DNA of 64,000 nucleotides from Macrostomum lignano. Taxonomy: Eukaryota. The stretch is taken from positions 1 to 64,000 of the forward strand of contig NIVC01003351.1 of the NCBI GenBank assembly GCA_002269645.1. Reading direction: 5' to 3'. Shown one piece after another: positions 11,851 through 26,299 of the stretch. The notes under the pieces were generated by a model. That model saw only the letters and a list, made by a program, of their open reading frames with translations, made no database searches and was not told the origin of the DNA. How positions within the stretch are numbered: the first letter of the stretch is position 1; every line of letters starts with the position of its first letter. The position numbers and the translations under genes were made by a program.

Positions 11851-12319
11851 CTAAAGGCATTAAATATTCGAAAAACATGCTTTTTTGCAAAGGTCAAGCA
11901 AACTTTTCGACTTGAAATGCATTGTAAGAATGCTAGAGAAAAAACTGACTGGTTGAATTCTGGTTCTGAAATAGATTGCATCATCACTGAATTGTAACTC
12001 CGACTTGAATTGAAAATGCAGTGTGGAAGCGTAGCACCAGACTTGATTTAAATTGCGTAACCATATTGTTAACTGATACTGACTGACTGAGAAACTGATT
12101 ATGTCATAACTGCTTCGTGTGATTTACTCTATGCTTGGATTTTAAACTGTTGAATTATATATATATATAAGTGCAAAATTTGATGTTATCAAAAAGATGA
12201 GAACTAGCCTAGAGGTGAACAGACTGAACTGCTAAATGCAGCGACGATGGTTCGAATTTTCATAGAGTATAATTTTTTTAATTAAAGCTTTTCAACGTCA
12301 GGAAAACTAAAAGACTTTT

Positions 12320-13255
12320 TAAAAAGAAGCGTCATGTAAAAATCATAGTAGCGTCATGTAAAAAATCGTAGAAGCGTCATATAAAAAATTATAGAAGCGT
12401 CATATAAAAATCATAGATGCGTCATTTAAAAAATCATAGAAGCATCATATAAAAATCATAGATGCGTCATTTAAAAAACCATAGAAGCATCATGTAAACA
12501 ATCATAGAAGCGTCATTTAAAAAATCATAGAAGCATCATATAAAAATCATAGAAGCGTCATGTAAACAATCATAGAAGCGTCATGTAAAAAATCGTAGAA
12601 GCGTCATTTAAAAAAATCATAGATGCGTCATTTAAAAAATCATGGAAGCGTCATGTAAACAATCATAGAAGCGTCATGTAAAAAATCATAGAAGCGTCAT
12701 ATAAAAATCATAGAAGCGTCATGTAAAAAATCATAGAAGCGTCATGTAAACAATCATAGAAGCGTCATGAAAAAATCATAGAAGCGTCATGTAAACAATC
12801 ATAGAAGCGTCATGTAAACAATCATAGAAGCATCATGTAAAAAAATCATAGTAGCGTCATGTAAACAATCATAGAAGCATCATGTAAACAATCATAGAAG
12901 CATCATGTAAAAAAATCATAGTAGCGTCATGTAAACAATCATAGAAGCGTCATGTAAAGAAACATAGAAGAGTCATGTAAAAAAATCATAGATGCGTCAT
13001 TTAAAAAATCATAGAAGCATCATGTAAACAATCATAGAAGCGTCATTTAAAAAAATCATAGAAGCGTCATGTGAAAATCATAAAAGCGTCACGTAAAGAA
13101 TCATAGAAGCGTCATGTAAACAATCATAGAAGCGTCATGTAAACAATCATAGAAGCGTCATGTAAAAAATCATAGAAGCGTCATGTAAAAAATCATAGAA
13201 GCGTCATGTAAAAATCGTAGAAGCGTCATTTAAAAATCATAGAAAATCATAAAAA
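12320..13255. repeat. ~22-24-bp minisatellite (AAAAATCATAGAAGCGTCATGT)
   Basis: Direct tandem copies with variable A-runs. Confidence 0.95.
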
Positions 13256-13359
13256 TCAAAAATTAAATGCAGCTATAATGCTGTGCTGGGGAGAAAAACT
13301 GAGACGTAAAGGCTCTCAGAGAATAACTGCTGAGATTACGGGGGGGGTTTCTGAGATGT

Positions 13360-14400
13360 CAAAGCAAAAGTCAGAAGCTACTTCAAAGTTCATGTACTTT
13401 ACTCAATTTTTTTATTGCATTCTTTGTTGGCTCGCCACGGGAGGCGCTTATAGAAGAAGAGTCATGTAAAAAATAAAAGTAGCACTACGAGCGTATGTAC
13501 GAGCTATACATAAAAGAAAAGTCATGTTCAAGTTAAAAGATTCATTTGGGAATTGCTACGATGTCAAAGCTTGGTGGAAATCGTTATAGTGCTGTGATTC
13601 TTAAAGAAGGAATCACTAAAATGTCAAGGCTTAGGGGAGAAGAATTGCTGAGATTTCAAGGCTTTAGGTTGGGTTAAAGTTAGGTTTAGGTCAGGTGTGG
13701 GTTGAGGGTTATATTTTATCGGGTTTCAAGGTTAACAGAATAACAGGGGATTTTTTAGATTTCAAGGTTTATGGAGGCCATCGCTGACATGTTAAGGCTT
13801 ACGGGGGGAATAGCTGAGATGTCAAGGCTCACGGGGGGAATAGCTGAGATGTCAAGGCTCACGGGGTATAAATGAGATTTCAAGGCTAAAGTCAGAAGCT
13901 ACATGTAGTTTATTGAAAACTTTTTATTACATTATTTGATGCCTCCTCAGGGGAGGGATCGCTGATAAAAAAAGCGTAATGTAAAAAATAAAAGAAGCTT
14001 CATGTCGAAGTTAAGAGATTCATTTGGGAATCCCTACGATGTCGAGGCTTGCAGGAAATCGCTATAATGCTGTAGTAGTGCTATAGTGACTCTTAGAGAG
14101 AATTACTGAAATTTCAATGTTAGGTTAGGGTTAGGGTTAGGGTTAGGGCTAGGGTTAGGGTTAGGGTTAGGCTAGGGTTAGAAGGTTGACAGATATTTTT
14201 AGATTTCCAAGGCTTATTGGGGGCATTGCTGAGATGTCAAGGGGGGAAGTTGATATGTCAAAGCTTGTGGGGGGGGGGAATTACTGACATGTCAAGGCTT
14301 ACAAGGTTTGACAGGAGATTTTTTAAGATTTCAAGGATACATGTAGCTTATTAAAAAAACGTGTATTGCATTTATTTGGCTCCCCAACGGGGGGCGTAGA
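13360..14400. repeat. Degenerate ~520-bp tandem duplication (two full and one partial copy)
   Basis: AGTCAGAAGCTAC...GATTCATTTGGGAAT...CTACGATGTC occurs at ~13370-13620 and again at ~13890-14110. Confidence 0.7.
14120..14181 (+). repeat. Interstitial (TTAGGG)n telomere-like repeat
   Basis: About 10 near-perfect TTAGGG/CTAGGG units. Confidence 0.9.
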
Positions 14401-14795
14401 TTGCTAGTTTTTAATCTAAAATATTTGCTTCAACAAATTATAAACAATTTGATACTCAAATTCCTTGGTTGAATAATTCATAGAATCGTTCTCAGTCTGA
14501 TTGCTACTAAAATACAGCTGTCTTAATCCACAATGCACAACAAATTCACCTCGTCAAAGACATCGTACGAAGTGATAGAATTGTTAAGCACGGAGTTAAT
14601 TAGTCACTGAAACAAATTTTCCACATGTTGCTTTCAGTGTAACGCTTTCGCGATTCCGTTTGTATTGGTACAGTTAAACATCGAACTTCAGTGTTTAAAA
14701 GTTCAGGTAAGTCTTCGTTTGTTTATCGCCTTCGTCATTAGTAACTGCTCACGACGAGTACTACAGATATCGATCGTTTGCGCTTCATCACAAAG

Positions 14796-17700
14796 TCACT
14801 TATCGCCATCGCATTCGCCCTCGTTGTTGTTGCACTTGACAGCGTCGCCGTTGGCGGAGCTGGCCTCGCTGAGCCCTATCTGCTCGGCGTTGCAGCCAGT
14901 CAATGAGTTGCTGCGAAATCTGTATCGATTGAATATTTTTACGGTTTTGAGATTTTCTGCGCAAATTCGCAGTAATTTTCGAATCAGTCCTAAAGTCCGT
15001 CCTCGTATCTATGCTGTAATTAACGACTATGTACATTAAGCCATTCCTTATCTCTCTGCCCCATTTATTTACAATGTACATTATCCCAGTCTTTATCTCT
15101 CTGCCTAATTTATTTAGTGTACATTAATCTAGTCTTTATCTCTCTGTCCCATTTATTAACAATGTATATTACGCCAATGCTATCTGAACAATATTTAAAT
15201 TTATATGCGACTCACCCAGGATTCAAGGCACCGTTGGCGAATACCGCAGAGGAATCGGGCTCCAAGCCAGCCGCCTTGTCCTTGTCGATGGTGGATGCGG
15301 CAGCGGCGGCAACAGCGGCAGCGGCGGCAGCAGCGGCGACAGTATCAGTGGTCAGGCCAGCAATGGAGTGACCGTTGATTAGCGATTGTTTTTTGTGGCT
15401 GCAGGTGAAAGTTAATCGTACTACTTATAAACGTCGAACTTGATTTATCGTGCGTTAATTTTTGCGGCAAGAAATTGTGGCCATTTACCTTTTCTTTATT
15501 AGCTTTTTTGGATCTTCCGGGCTAAAAAAGAAAGTTATGAGTTGGGTAATTGTTGTGACTAGCTGCACGTTTTTTCATTTAAAGTTCAACTAAATTTTGA
15601 TTCAAATCAAACTAACATTTGATCAAGGACCGATATTAAGGGGCAATTTGTTTTTCTACGGCAAAATTTCAATGGTTCTTTGAATTGCAAATTTAATACA
15701 ATAGAAATGGAAAACAACAAATTGCATTGAGGTACCGGCGATTTATCGGCAGAAATGAATCTAAACTATACTGCATCAAGCGAGCCTTCAAATATTTCTA
15801 CAATACGCTCGCGATCGTAGTAGGTGTTACGTCCTGATAACACCGTTTCTTCTAGTAGTCCTTGATTGGCACTTTCTCATCTTCTGCAATTTTAAAGCTA
15901 GCATACATATGCGTTTGGTTTGAGTAGGTCTCAAGTTTACCGGCTTGGATTTAGTAGGGAATGTCAAGTTAACCTACAACTAGTGCTACATCCTACAACT
16001 AGTGCTACATCCTACAACTAGTGCTACATCCTACAACTAGTGCTACATCCTACAACTAGTGCTACATCCTACAACTAGTGCTACATCCTACAACTAGTGC
16101 TACATCCTACAACTAGTGCTACATCCTACAACTAGTGCTACATCCTACAACTAGTGCTACATCCTACAACTAGTGCTACATCCTACAACTAGTGCTACAT
16201 CCTACAACTAGTGCTACATCCTACAACTAGTGCTAGATCCTACAACTAGTGCTACATCCTACAACTAGTGCTACATCCTACAACTAGTGCTACATCCTAC
16301 AACTAGTGCTACATCCTACAACTAGTGCTAGATCCTACAACTAGTGCTACATCCTACAACTAGTGCTTCATCCTACAACTAGTGCTACATCCTACAACTA
16401 GTGCTTCATCCTACAACTAGTGCTACATCCTACAACTAGTGCTACATCCTACAACTAGTGCTTCATCCTACAACTAGTGCTACATCCTACAACTAGTGCT
16501 ACATCCTACAACTAGTGCTATATCCTACAACTAGTGCTACATTCTACAACTAGTGCTACATCCTACAACTAGTGCTACATCCTTGACGACAGATTCGGCA
16601 CTCGCTTACGCGCACTTCCTCATGGTTAGAGCGACGACGGTGAGCAGCAGAGTGAACCCAACTGCGGCCGACACCACCACTAGATTGATGAAGTGCGGCG
16701 GTGGGATGCTGTAAAACTGAGCATCGATGTACACAATGTAGTGGCCGATGGCATCGTACAGCTTCATGCGGTTGTTTTCGATGATGGCTGCAAATATTCA
16801 GAGTGCAACACTATTCACAATCGTTTCAATGATTTTACTGGTAAGAATATATCGGGGATACTGCGAGCTTCCAAATGTGTCCAAAAGATTCGAAGTTTTT
16901 GAGTCTTTACGCACTCGGACGGGAGCCTGTCCTGAATGCGGACACAGGAGTCCCGACTATTCAAGACAAGTTGGGGCAAAAATTTCTAACCTGGATTTTC
17001 TAAAAATGATTTCTTAGTCTATACGATCATTTAAAATTTCCCTGCTGGTTGACAGGAATGAAAAATAGATCTCGCTATAGAGTTGTAAAGTACAAGATCT
17101 TTTTCAAGTAGCTGGAAACCATCCCGTCCTGTTCTGAAAAAAGTTTGTCCCATTCGCGGATACCAGCCCAAGCAACAGGTACGCGCGTAAAACGCGCATA
17201 TTTGGATCGGGCAGGCCCAATCTAGCCCAGCCAATGAGAGAGCTGTAAGGAGATCGAGGTCAAAGTTAGACGGACGAACCTCAGTCTAGGGGGGGGGGCA
17301 GGCCCAATCTAGCCCAGCCAATGAGAGAGCAGTAAGGAGAGAGGTCAAAGTTAGACGGACGAACCTCAGTCTAGGGGGGCAGGTCCAATCTAGCCCAGCC
17401 AATGAGAGAGAGAGCAGTATAGCTAGCCGATCGATCTTGCATTCTGTAAAATCTGTAAAATCTCATTTACGCTCGTAACCAAATACGACTATGAACTCAT
17501 TCTTCTAATTAATTTCGGAACAGGTAAAACGATCTGCTATCTTTTATTAGTTACTTACTAGTAGTATCAGCAACTGGCAAGATAAAATTAATTTCATTCT
17601 CGCCCGGCTGCTGCAAGCTGTAAGCGATGGACAGGCGCAGGTTGAGGTAGTGCGAGTCCACATTGGCCGGATAGCCCGGGCTGAAACGTACGCTAGCAGC

Positions 17701-18793
17701 GGTGAAGTTCCTGCGGAGTGGAATTTTGCGTGCCTTTGTTAAAAAAATATTGCAGTTCGTTTGTTTTACTAGCATTATTGTAACCAACTAAAATTTATTT
17801 GAAGGTCTGATTTTGTTCTAAAAACATTTTTTCAGTTCTATTACACTGATCATTTGTATTGATCATTTGCCACGTTTTAAGCTTCTAATGTGCATGCATA
17901 TAGTGTTAGTTACTCTCTGGATACTCATTGGATAGTGGATACTCACTAGTTAACTCTCTGGATACTTACTGGATAGTGGATACTCACTAGTTACTCTCTG
18001 GATACTCACTGGATAGTGGGTTATTAACTAGTTATCGATGGGTACTCACTGACTACTGAAGTAATTAGACCTGTTCCGCCCCCTGTAACTGGAGGATTTC
18101 AATAAACCTATAAAGCAGCTTCGATTAGCATTCACTTACTCAAAGCCGCTCGAATTGAAGCCGCAGATGGTGAAATTCCCCATGCAGTAGCCGGTCAGCG
18201 CTTGGGCCAGAGCGGCTTTGAATTTCGCTTCCAGACCGGCGCTGGTCCACTGAAAACAATGCGATTGCGAAAAAAATTACATAGATATCATACTTAATAC
18301 ATTTCTAGCGCCAAAAACTCGATCTACACCTTTCATTTGCCCCTAAGAACATCAGCCTAGTCAAGTGTTATCACCACACTGGATGCCTTAACACTAACCC
18401 AGTTCATCACCAACTCAGATCCCTTAGCGCTTCATCAGGTACCTTAAAACCTTCTCAGATTCCCAGTACCTACTCAGATACCTCAACAACACTTTCCTGG
18501 TGCATAAACAGATTTTTTAACACCATGCAGAGCTTCATATTGATCTTAATTAGTCCTTGTTGCGTTAGATATTCAATCAATCGCCTTAGGTACATGCGTT
18601 TAAAGGGGGGTCAGATCGATCACTACATCAATCTGATGTGGGTAATCCGAATAATCAGTACATTGCTAACTTTATTCGACATTCGACTCACCTGATCCAG
18701 CTGCAGCATGTAGAACTGCACCCTCACATCTTCCCGCTCGTTAAGAGCTCCGTTAACGACGGCATCTGTTAATGCTGAGCGAGTCAAAGTCAG
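14796..18793 (-). CDS. Single-pass type I membrane protein, 5'-incomplete; exons 18793-18692, 18249-18140, 17710-17559, 16787-16610, 15398-15216, 14910-14796
   Basis: Six exons with CAG acceptors and GTRAG donors, all phases consistent (840 nt). Translation LTLTRSAL...FKAALAQALTGYCMGNFTICG...ENFTAASVRFSPGYP...TM LVVVSAAVGFTLLLTVVALTM, then RKCAHKK, a poly-Ala tail and ...ECDGDK*. A further exon at 19480-19373 is possible. Confidence 0.8.
15975..16582. repeat. 19-bp minisatellite (CTACAACTAGTGCTACATC), intronic
   Basis: Near-perfect tandem copies between exons 16610 and 15398. Confidence 0.97.
17205..17412 (+). repeat. Dispersed repeat family (~76-88-bp tandem unit); other copies at 29840-30240 and 61950-62150 in opposite orientation
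   Basis: GGCAGGCCCAATCTAGCCCAGCCAATGAGAGAGC is the reverse complement of GCTCTCTCATTGGCTGAGCTAGATTGGGCCTGCC at 61970-62005 and of its variants at 29865-30045. Confidence 0.8.
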
Positions 18794-19524
18794 CTGCAGT
18801 ATCAGTATTCGTACGAATAACTCAATGTTGAATCGCATTTTGGGGTGTATAAGGTGATGCTATGAGTCGAGTAAATAAAACTGATGCAGGATGGAATGGG
18901 CGGGGTCCGGCAGTGAATATGTATCACAACAGCCGTGGCTTTAGCTGTACACTGGACGCAAGATTCAATCCAAAGGGGTATGAGATGTGCGCAAAAGATG
19001 CAAGCCAATAGACAGGAAATTATCCGTGAGCAGCAGCCTCGTGCATCTGAGATCATAGGAGGACGAGAAGGGAAAGAAAATGGGAAAGAACCTTTTGCTC
19101 GGGGCCTCCAGCTAAACAAATCGAGTTCTGCAGGCCCCACCCTATTTTGGGCGTTGCCTAAGATTCGGCTGCCGAGTCTAGTATGGTGCGCGAGATGTAA
19201 AATATTAGTACTGTATGACAGTTTACTGTGCACGGAATGCTTTACCCTATGCAGCTAATGAGCTGAGTAGGATCCAAGTAATTCGACTGAAACTACTTGT
19301 GCATTAGTACGAAAAAGTACTTAGACAAGCTACAATTTAACCGCCAGCAGTCTGATGGTAAGCAGTGCTTACCACGCTGACACTCCAATCCAAGCCTAAA
19401 CTTTCGCGAGTGAGGAAAGTCTCTATAAGTCATGGCTAGCCACAGGCCGTTCCGATCGGCTATGGTAAGCAGAGCTTGCCCTAGAATTGAAGTTAGGAAA
19501 ATCAAATTGAGCAGCTCTTAAAAC

Positions 19525-21080
<1,556 letters not shown>

Positions 21081-21081
21081 C

Positions 21082-21390
21082 GCAGAAAAATCGAGGACCT
21101 CACCGTTTTACCCCAGCGGCAACGGGAACGTCGAGAGGTTCAATAGGACGCTGGGCAACATGCTCTCGGCATTCTGCTCGGAGAACCAGGCCAGCTGGGA
21201 CGCCCTGCTGCCCTACGTCGTGTGGGCCTACAACAGCTCTGAGCACAGCTCCACGGGCGAGTCGTCGTTCAAAGTGCTACGCGGCATCGAGCCGGGACTG
21301 CCGGCCGACTTGGCACTCGGTGGGCAGCGCGACCAGCAGCAGGACTGCGCGGACCTGCAGGCGAGAATCAGGCGCGGCTTTCAGGTTGTG
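21082..21390 (+). mobile_element. Ty3/Gypsy-type integrase core C-terminal segment
   Basis: [27 protein letters not shown]...[25 protein letters not shown]...G.EP.LPAD matches K.rTt.YhPq.NG.vERfNrTL...Wd..Lp.v..aYN...H.sTg.SPf. No stop codons. Confidence 0.9.
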
Positions 21391-21779
21391 CCTCGAATCT
21401 TGCATAGCGTGATGTTGAAACGTCAGAAACTGTAGTATTTCGCATACAGACCAAATAATTCTGCCCCTGGAACTACGAAATACCCAACAACAGGTGTTAA
21501 CCAATTTTATTTTTGTAATTTACCATCTGAAATCTGTGTATATATAAAAAATCAGCTTCACAGACCTTTACTGTTGCTTCAATGCACGTCTCAAATCTTG
21601 CATAGCGTGATGTTGAAACGTAAGAAAATGTACGATTTCGTAGCTACAAGGTTTGTGACTTTGAATTTATAAAATAACCAGCTTATACTCGTAGGTTACA
21701 GTGTAATTATACAACAAAAGCAACACAAAAAAATACGCAGCCCCCCCCCCCCCAGTACATGTAGTCAGTGGAGGGAGCG

Positions 21780-22860
21780 TCAGATGGCATGTCGAAGCGC
21801 TAGCAGGCGAAGAATCAATTGCCCGGCCCATTGATCGACGGTGTCGGGCGCCACAACGTTGCTCAGGATGCTGTCCATGTATCTCCGTGTCCTCGATTGC
21901 TTGAGCCCGCTGAAGGGTTCCCGCAAAGTGAGAGGCAGGATGTCCTGGACAGGCTTGGGCAATAGCCCGGATTTGCACGTAAGCGCCTGTCAGTAATTGG
22001 AGTCGCCGTCTCGGTGCAGGATGGTACATGTGTTTTTTTGTCTTGCAGCTGTGCGTCCTCTCGCACAGATCCTTGGACGGGACGATTTTGTCAGCCTGAA
22101 CGCATGGAGCAGCCCCGCGGGCCGAGTGCTCCAATTGTCTAGCTGTTGCTCCAGCGTGGCCGTTAACATCGGGACGCTAGAATTCGCACGACTAGATTTC
22201 GCGCGATCTGGCATTGAAGCGCGCGACTTCTTTCTAGCGACTGGATTTCACGCGACTGGATTTAAATCCAGTCGATCGAAATCCAGTCGCGCGAATTCTA
22301 GCGTCCCTTAAACACCCACGTTTCAGCGTTGTCGAGCAAGACAGTCTCAACAGCCGAACCCTCTGATGATCGGGCAGCGCTTTGGATTGAAGGATGACGC
22401 GAATCGACCGGTAGGCCGTCCAAGCAAGTCCTCTCGATCTAGGTCTGCGTCGCCGAATTTCGTCCTCAACGTTGGGCACCAAACCGCCGAGGTGAACCGC
22501 TGACAGTGCGCGAGGTTGGTCGTCTGCTTGTCTGCGCCGTGGCATGCCAGCTCCGCTGGGATATTGGCTGGCTGAGATGGTCATGCCAGCGCCTCGGTCT
22601 TTCAGCGTCGACAAATAGGCCGACGCTTTGATGGCACCTCGACCAACCTTAATCTAGCGCTGTGGCCATCAACAGTTAAGGACAGGAGTGTGAGGTCGTC
22701 GGCGTAGCTCAGAAACGCTGAGGCGCTTCTCGTTGTGGCGGCGACCGATGTGTCTGCGCAGCAGGAAGCCGTCGCCTGCTGAAGGGTCGCGTTCCGGAGC
22801 TGCACAATCCATGCCAGGAGCAGCATGAAGAGGAACGGCGCTAGAATGTGTCGCTCTGTG
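21780..22860 (-). mobile_element. Decayed non-LTR retrotransposon (RTE-like LINE) reverse transcriptase, 3' part
   Basis: Across frameshifts: ILAPFLFMLLL..., FLSYADDLTLLS, HLGGLVPNVEDEIRRR...GLAWTAYRSIRVILQS, NAETW/MLTATLEQQLD, PVQDILPLTL...SRTRRYMD. Confidence 0.85.
22171..22307. mobile_element. MITE-like hairpin inserted in the LINE
   Basis: Terminal inverted repeats GGGACGCTAGAATTCGC / GCGAATTCTAGCGTCCC; it splits the LINE motif NAETW|MLTATLEQQ. Confidence 0.75.
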
Positions 22861-23230
22861 TAGCACTCCTAAACGAAGTTTCAGACAGGTCAGACAAGCC
22901 GTCTGCCGTCACCACAGCGTATCACCATACAGCGATATGATGGCGTCAACTAGCTGGCTGGGGACTCGACAGGTTCGTAAGACAAAAGGAAGTGCTGTTC
23001 TTAGCACTGAATCAAATGCCATAATAATTAAAAACCCTAAAAAATGCCGAGTAAAGGCCGAGACCTTTCACAGAGTCGTGAAAGGTCTGGGCCCTTTGGA
23101 GTTAACACCTTTAATTTCCTATTTTTCCGAGGTTCATGCTGGCGCGTGCAGACTCAATTCATATGCAATTATTTCCAGCGTGTACATTGTTTCATTTTGC
23201 GAAATTGTACTTTAAATGCATAATCACATG

Positions 23231-23460
23231 CAAGGGCCCGCGTCACCACGGGGGACAGGGGCCGACATCGGGACAACTGTGTATTTGTCCCCCTGGCCTG
23301 AGTAAAAGCTATGAAAAAGTGAACAAATGAGTGTTTGTGTGGCAACAAAATTGAGCACGTTAACAACATCGATATCTAAAATAATATAGGAAAATCGTCA
23401 TTTAGAATTCTTTACTTTGTCCCCCACCATAAAATCCATAGTGACGCGCTGACGCCCCTG
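23231..23460. mobile_element. hAT-like MITE with an 8-bp TSD (ATCACATG)
   Basis: ATCACATG at 23223-23230 and 23461-23468; ends CAAGGGC...GCCCCTG with internal GGGGACA/TGTCCCC inverted motifs. Confidence 0.75.
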
Positions 23461-24439
23461 ATCACATGCAAGCTGAGAATTACATCTAATTGTGCAACAT
23501 ATTTACATGTACGAATAATATTTGATCAATTAGATTTGTAAAGGTCTGCAGAGAAATTACAATTAATCTTTCAAGGTGCACTACAATACGATTGGATTAA
23601 TATTTAAGTATTTACTGTATCAAGTTATTGATAGTTTTTACGACAATTACATGTATTCTTCTGGAGAAGTAGCATCATAGTCTTTTAAATTACATGTATC
23701 TTATATTTTTATCTCAATATTATTATTTCACATGTAATATTCAAACCCCATGTTTAAGGACCTTAAAATTTTACGATTTTTTTGGCGTCAATTAAAACCA
23801 TTATTTGAATTTCTATTAGTTAATTCATTAATTTACCAAAATATTTTTTAGTTCAAAGTAATTGTAGTTAACTTAATAATTGTAGTTAACTATTGCCTTT
23901 ATTAAGTGTAAAAAGAACGAAACATATTTATAAATGTCTACTAGTTTCTTTGTTTATTCATTCTACATATTAATTATTTATTTTTATCATATTTAAGACT
24001 TTTTACTTCATATCGTTATCGTCACATTATCACATACAAACGATAATAATAGATCGAGCTGAGCACTGGCAGATCGAACCGTGGTTTTTTTTTAAATATT
24101 TGCCTCTATTTTAGTACTTGTTTCTACCAAAAATATAGACAAAAAAGGAAACTTCGAAATAAATATAGTTTTTTAATTTACGTTTTTTAAATATTGATGT
24201 CAATTTCATATTTAAAGCAGTAAACATTTGTTTCAATACGCGTTATAACATATTCCGTTACGGCGGAATTTTAAAGCACGATTTGGGAACTGGAACTGAA
24301 AACCGGTCATCCGTGCCGTATTCATTTGTTAAGCTCTAAGTATATACTACGATACGCTCCGCGTAGGCGCAAGCTGTAACTCGCATTGGTTTATTCATTT
24401 TGAAACGGTTCTATTCAGTAGCAGCGTAAAATACTGATT

Positions 24440-24781
24440 GCTAGTGGTAACGGCTAGAGTTCCGGCGCCGGAACCCGTTTTGTAATGGCTATATGGTCTA
24501 TGGATCCGGCAGTCTTCTGCAGGCAGTTATCTACTAATAAAGTCTTTGGACATTAGAAGTATCTTATTTTGAATCTCATCGTTTAGTTTTGATCTTATTA
24601 AGTTATTCTTAATCTTATCTTGAACAAAATCCCAATATCAAATACCTTTTAAAAAGTAAAATGTTTCAGCTATATTATACCTATAAATTGCACTACTGGA
24701 ATACCACTGCCGGATGATCCATAGGCCTAGCCATTAGAAAATGGGTTCCAATGCCAGAACTCTAGCCATTGCCATTGCTAG
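24440..24781. mobile_element. Degenerate foldback element (~75-bp inverted repeats)
   Basis: 24440-24513 matches the reverse complement of 24706-24781 (GGCTAGAGTTC...GGAACCC.TTTT.TAATGGCTA...CTATGGATC...CCGGCAGT). Confidence 0.6.
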
Positions 24782-25397
24782 TCGTGCTAGTTGCTTGCTA
24801 CTAGGGGCCTAGGCCTACCTAATTCTAGAATCTAGACTGTATTTTTTGGCCTCTATTTCCTTTGAGTTTTGCCAAATGCGGTCCTTATAACTCCTTATCC
24901 TTACTGATACTGAGTCATTTAGGGCCAGGTTGGTGCAGGTCTAAGAAAGCTTGCCCTAGACTGAGAAAGAAAACCTCAGCAAACAGCATATAGGCAGCAA
25001 TGTGGCATCATAAACAATAAACCCTACTAATATATTTAGACATAACTAAGTCCCAGTCTAGGCCTAATTAGATTTATCAAGTTTTTATATCCTTGCTTAA
25101 GTGCTTATTTATTACAATTCATTTTTTGTATATTTTTTATTTTTAAGCCTATTATAATAAATTTAGCTAGGGCCTAGGGCCAGGGGTATGCTAGCTAGGC
25201 CTATGCTTAACAGCTAACACTAGCAATGTCAATGATAGATCCAGATAAGATATAAGGCTGGGGGTAGCTTCCCCCTTTTTTGCTATGGTTCAAATTGTAT
25301 ATAAAAAGAGAATATTGCAATTTTAGGGTTATTTGGGCCTTATTTTGGGCCAACCCAAAAAGTTGAGCTAATCTGCCTTCCTACTTTAAAAATCCTA

Positions 25398-25687
25398 GGC
25401 AATTGTGCAGTTTCCCACTCTAAATTATTTTTACCCCTTTTTCGAACTTTTCAGATATTAAACAAGTGTAACAATGCAAGTTCGCAAGTTCAAAGCAAGT
25501 TGAAATTCACATTTGTACTACATAGGGTAGTAATGCATTATCCAGTAGAGGATATTGCCAAACTGGCATTCAGGGAAGGCTCGGTGCCATATAAACTTCC
25601 TGGGAGCACGGCTAGCCATACTAGCAGTAGCTGAAAAGTTCAAAAAAAGGGTGAAAATAATTTAGAGTGGGAAACTGCACAATCGCC
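25398..25687. mobile_element. MITE with ~57-bp TIRs and an 8-bp TSD (AAATCCTA)
   Basis: GGCAATTGTGCAGTTTCCCACTCTAAATTATTTTTACCCC... and its reverse complement ending ...GCACAATCGCC; AAATCCTA on both flanks (25390-25397, 25688-25695). Confidence 0.8.
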
Positions 25688-26299
25688 AAATCCTAGATCT
25701 ATCACTGAGGCCTAGCCTAGCCTAAGTCTATTAGATGAAGCCTAGGCCTAGCTGCTATTTATATTAATATTAGTTGACTAACTTTAATAAAACTAAAGTT
25801 GGGCTAAGCCTAGGGCGTATATATATAAAGCTTAGTTAAATTGATTTTTATTTAATAAATTGCACTGTATAATACTATATTTGTCTTTAGGCAAAAATGT
25901 TTTTTCCTATTTGTCATACCAATATAAAAAGGATTCAACCCACTTTGGCAAAGAATTTTCAGCAAAAGTCAATAATGGCAAAAAAGTCTTTTAGTGACCA
26001 TTTTGTCTAAAATTGATCCACTTTGGCAAAGGGTTATTTTTATTATTGGCAAAAGGCAAGCAATTTTGCATTACATGCAAAGTAATTATAGCAAATTAAA
26101 AAATTGGTGTCTATAAATAAAAAACAACTTAAATGAACAAATTGAGCAATTGAAATTGATTACTAAATTTAAAAGTCATTTGGGCTAAGACATTTAAAAT
26201 AAAGTTAAATATATCCATTGTCATTGTTTGTGTATCACAAAGTTAAGATGTATTTAGACAACTACAGTTCTCCAACAAGCTCTCAGTTGAGCGCAGACC

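Noticed and set aside
14120-14181. True telomere or chromosome fusion scar
   Set aside because: Only ~60 bp, one orientation, embedded in a repeated unit, with genes on both sides.
21395-21640. ~45-bp direct repeat (AATCTTGCATAGCGTGATGTTGAAACGT) as a possible LTR
   Set aside because: Both copies lie on the same side of the integrase segment; no TG...CA LTR structure, PBS or PPT.
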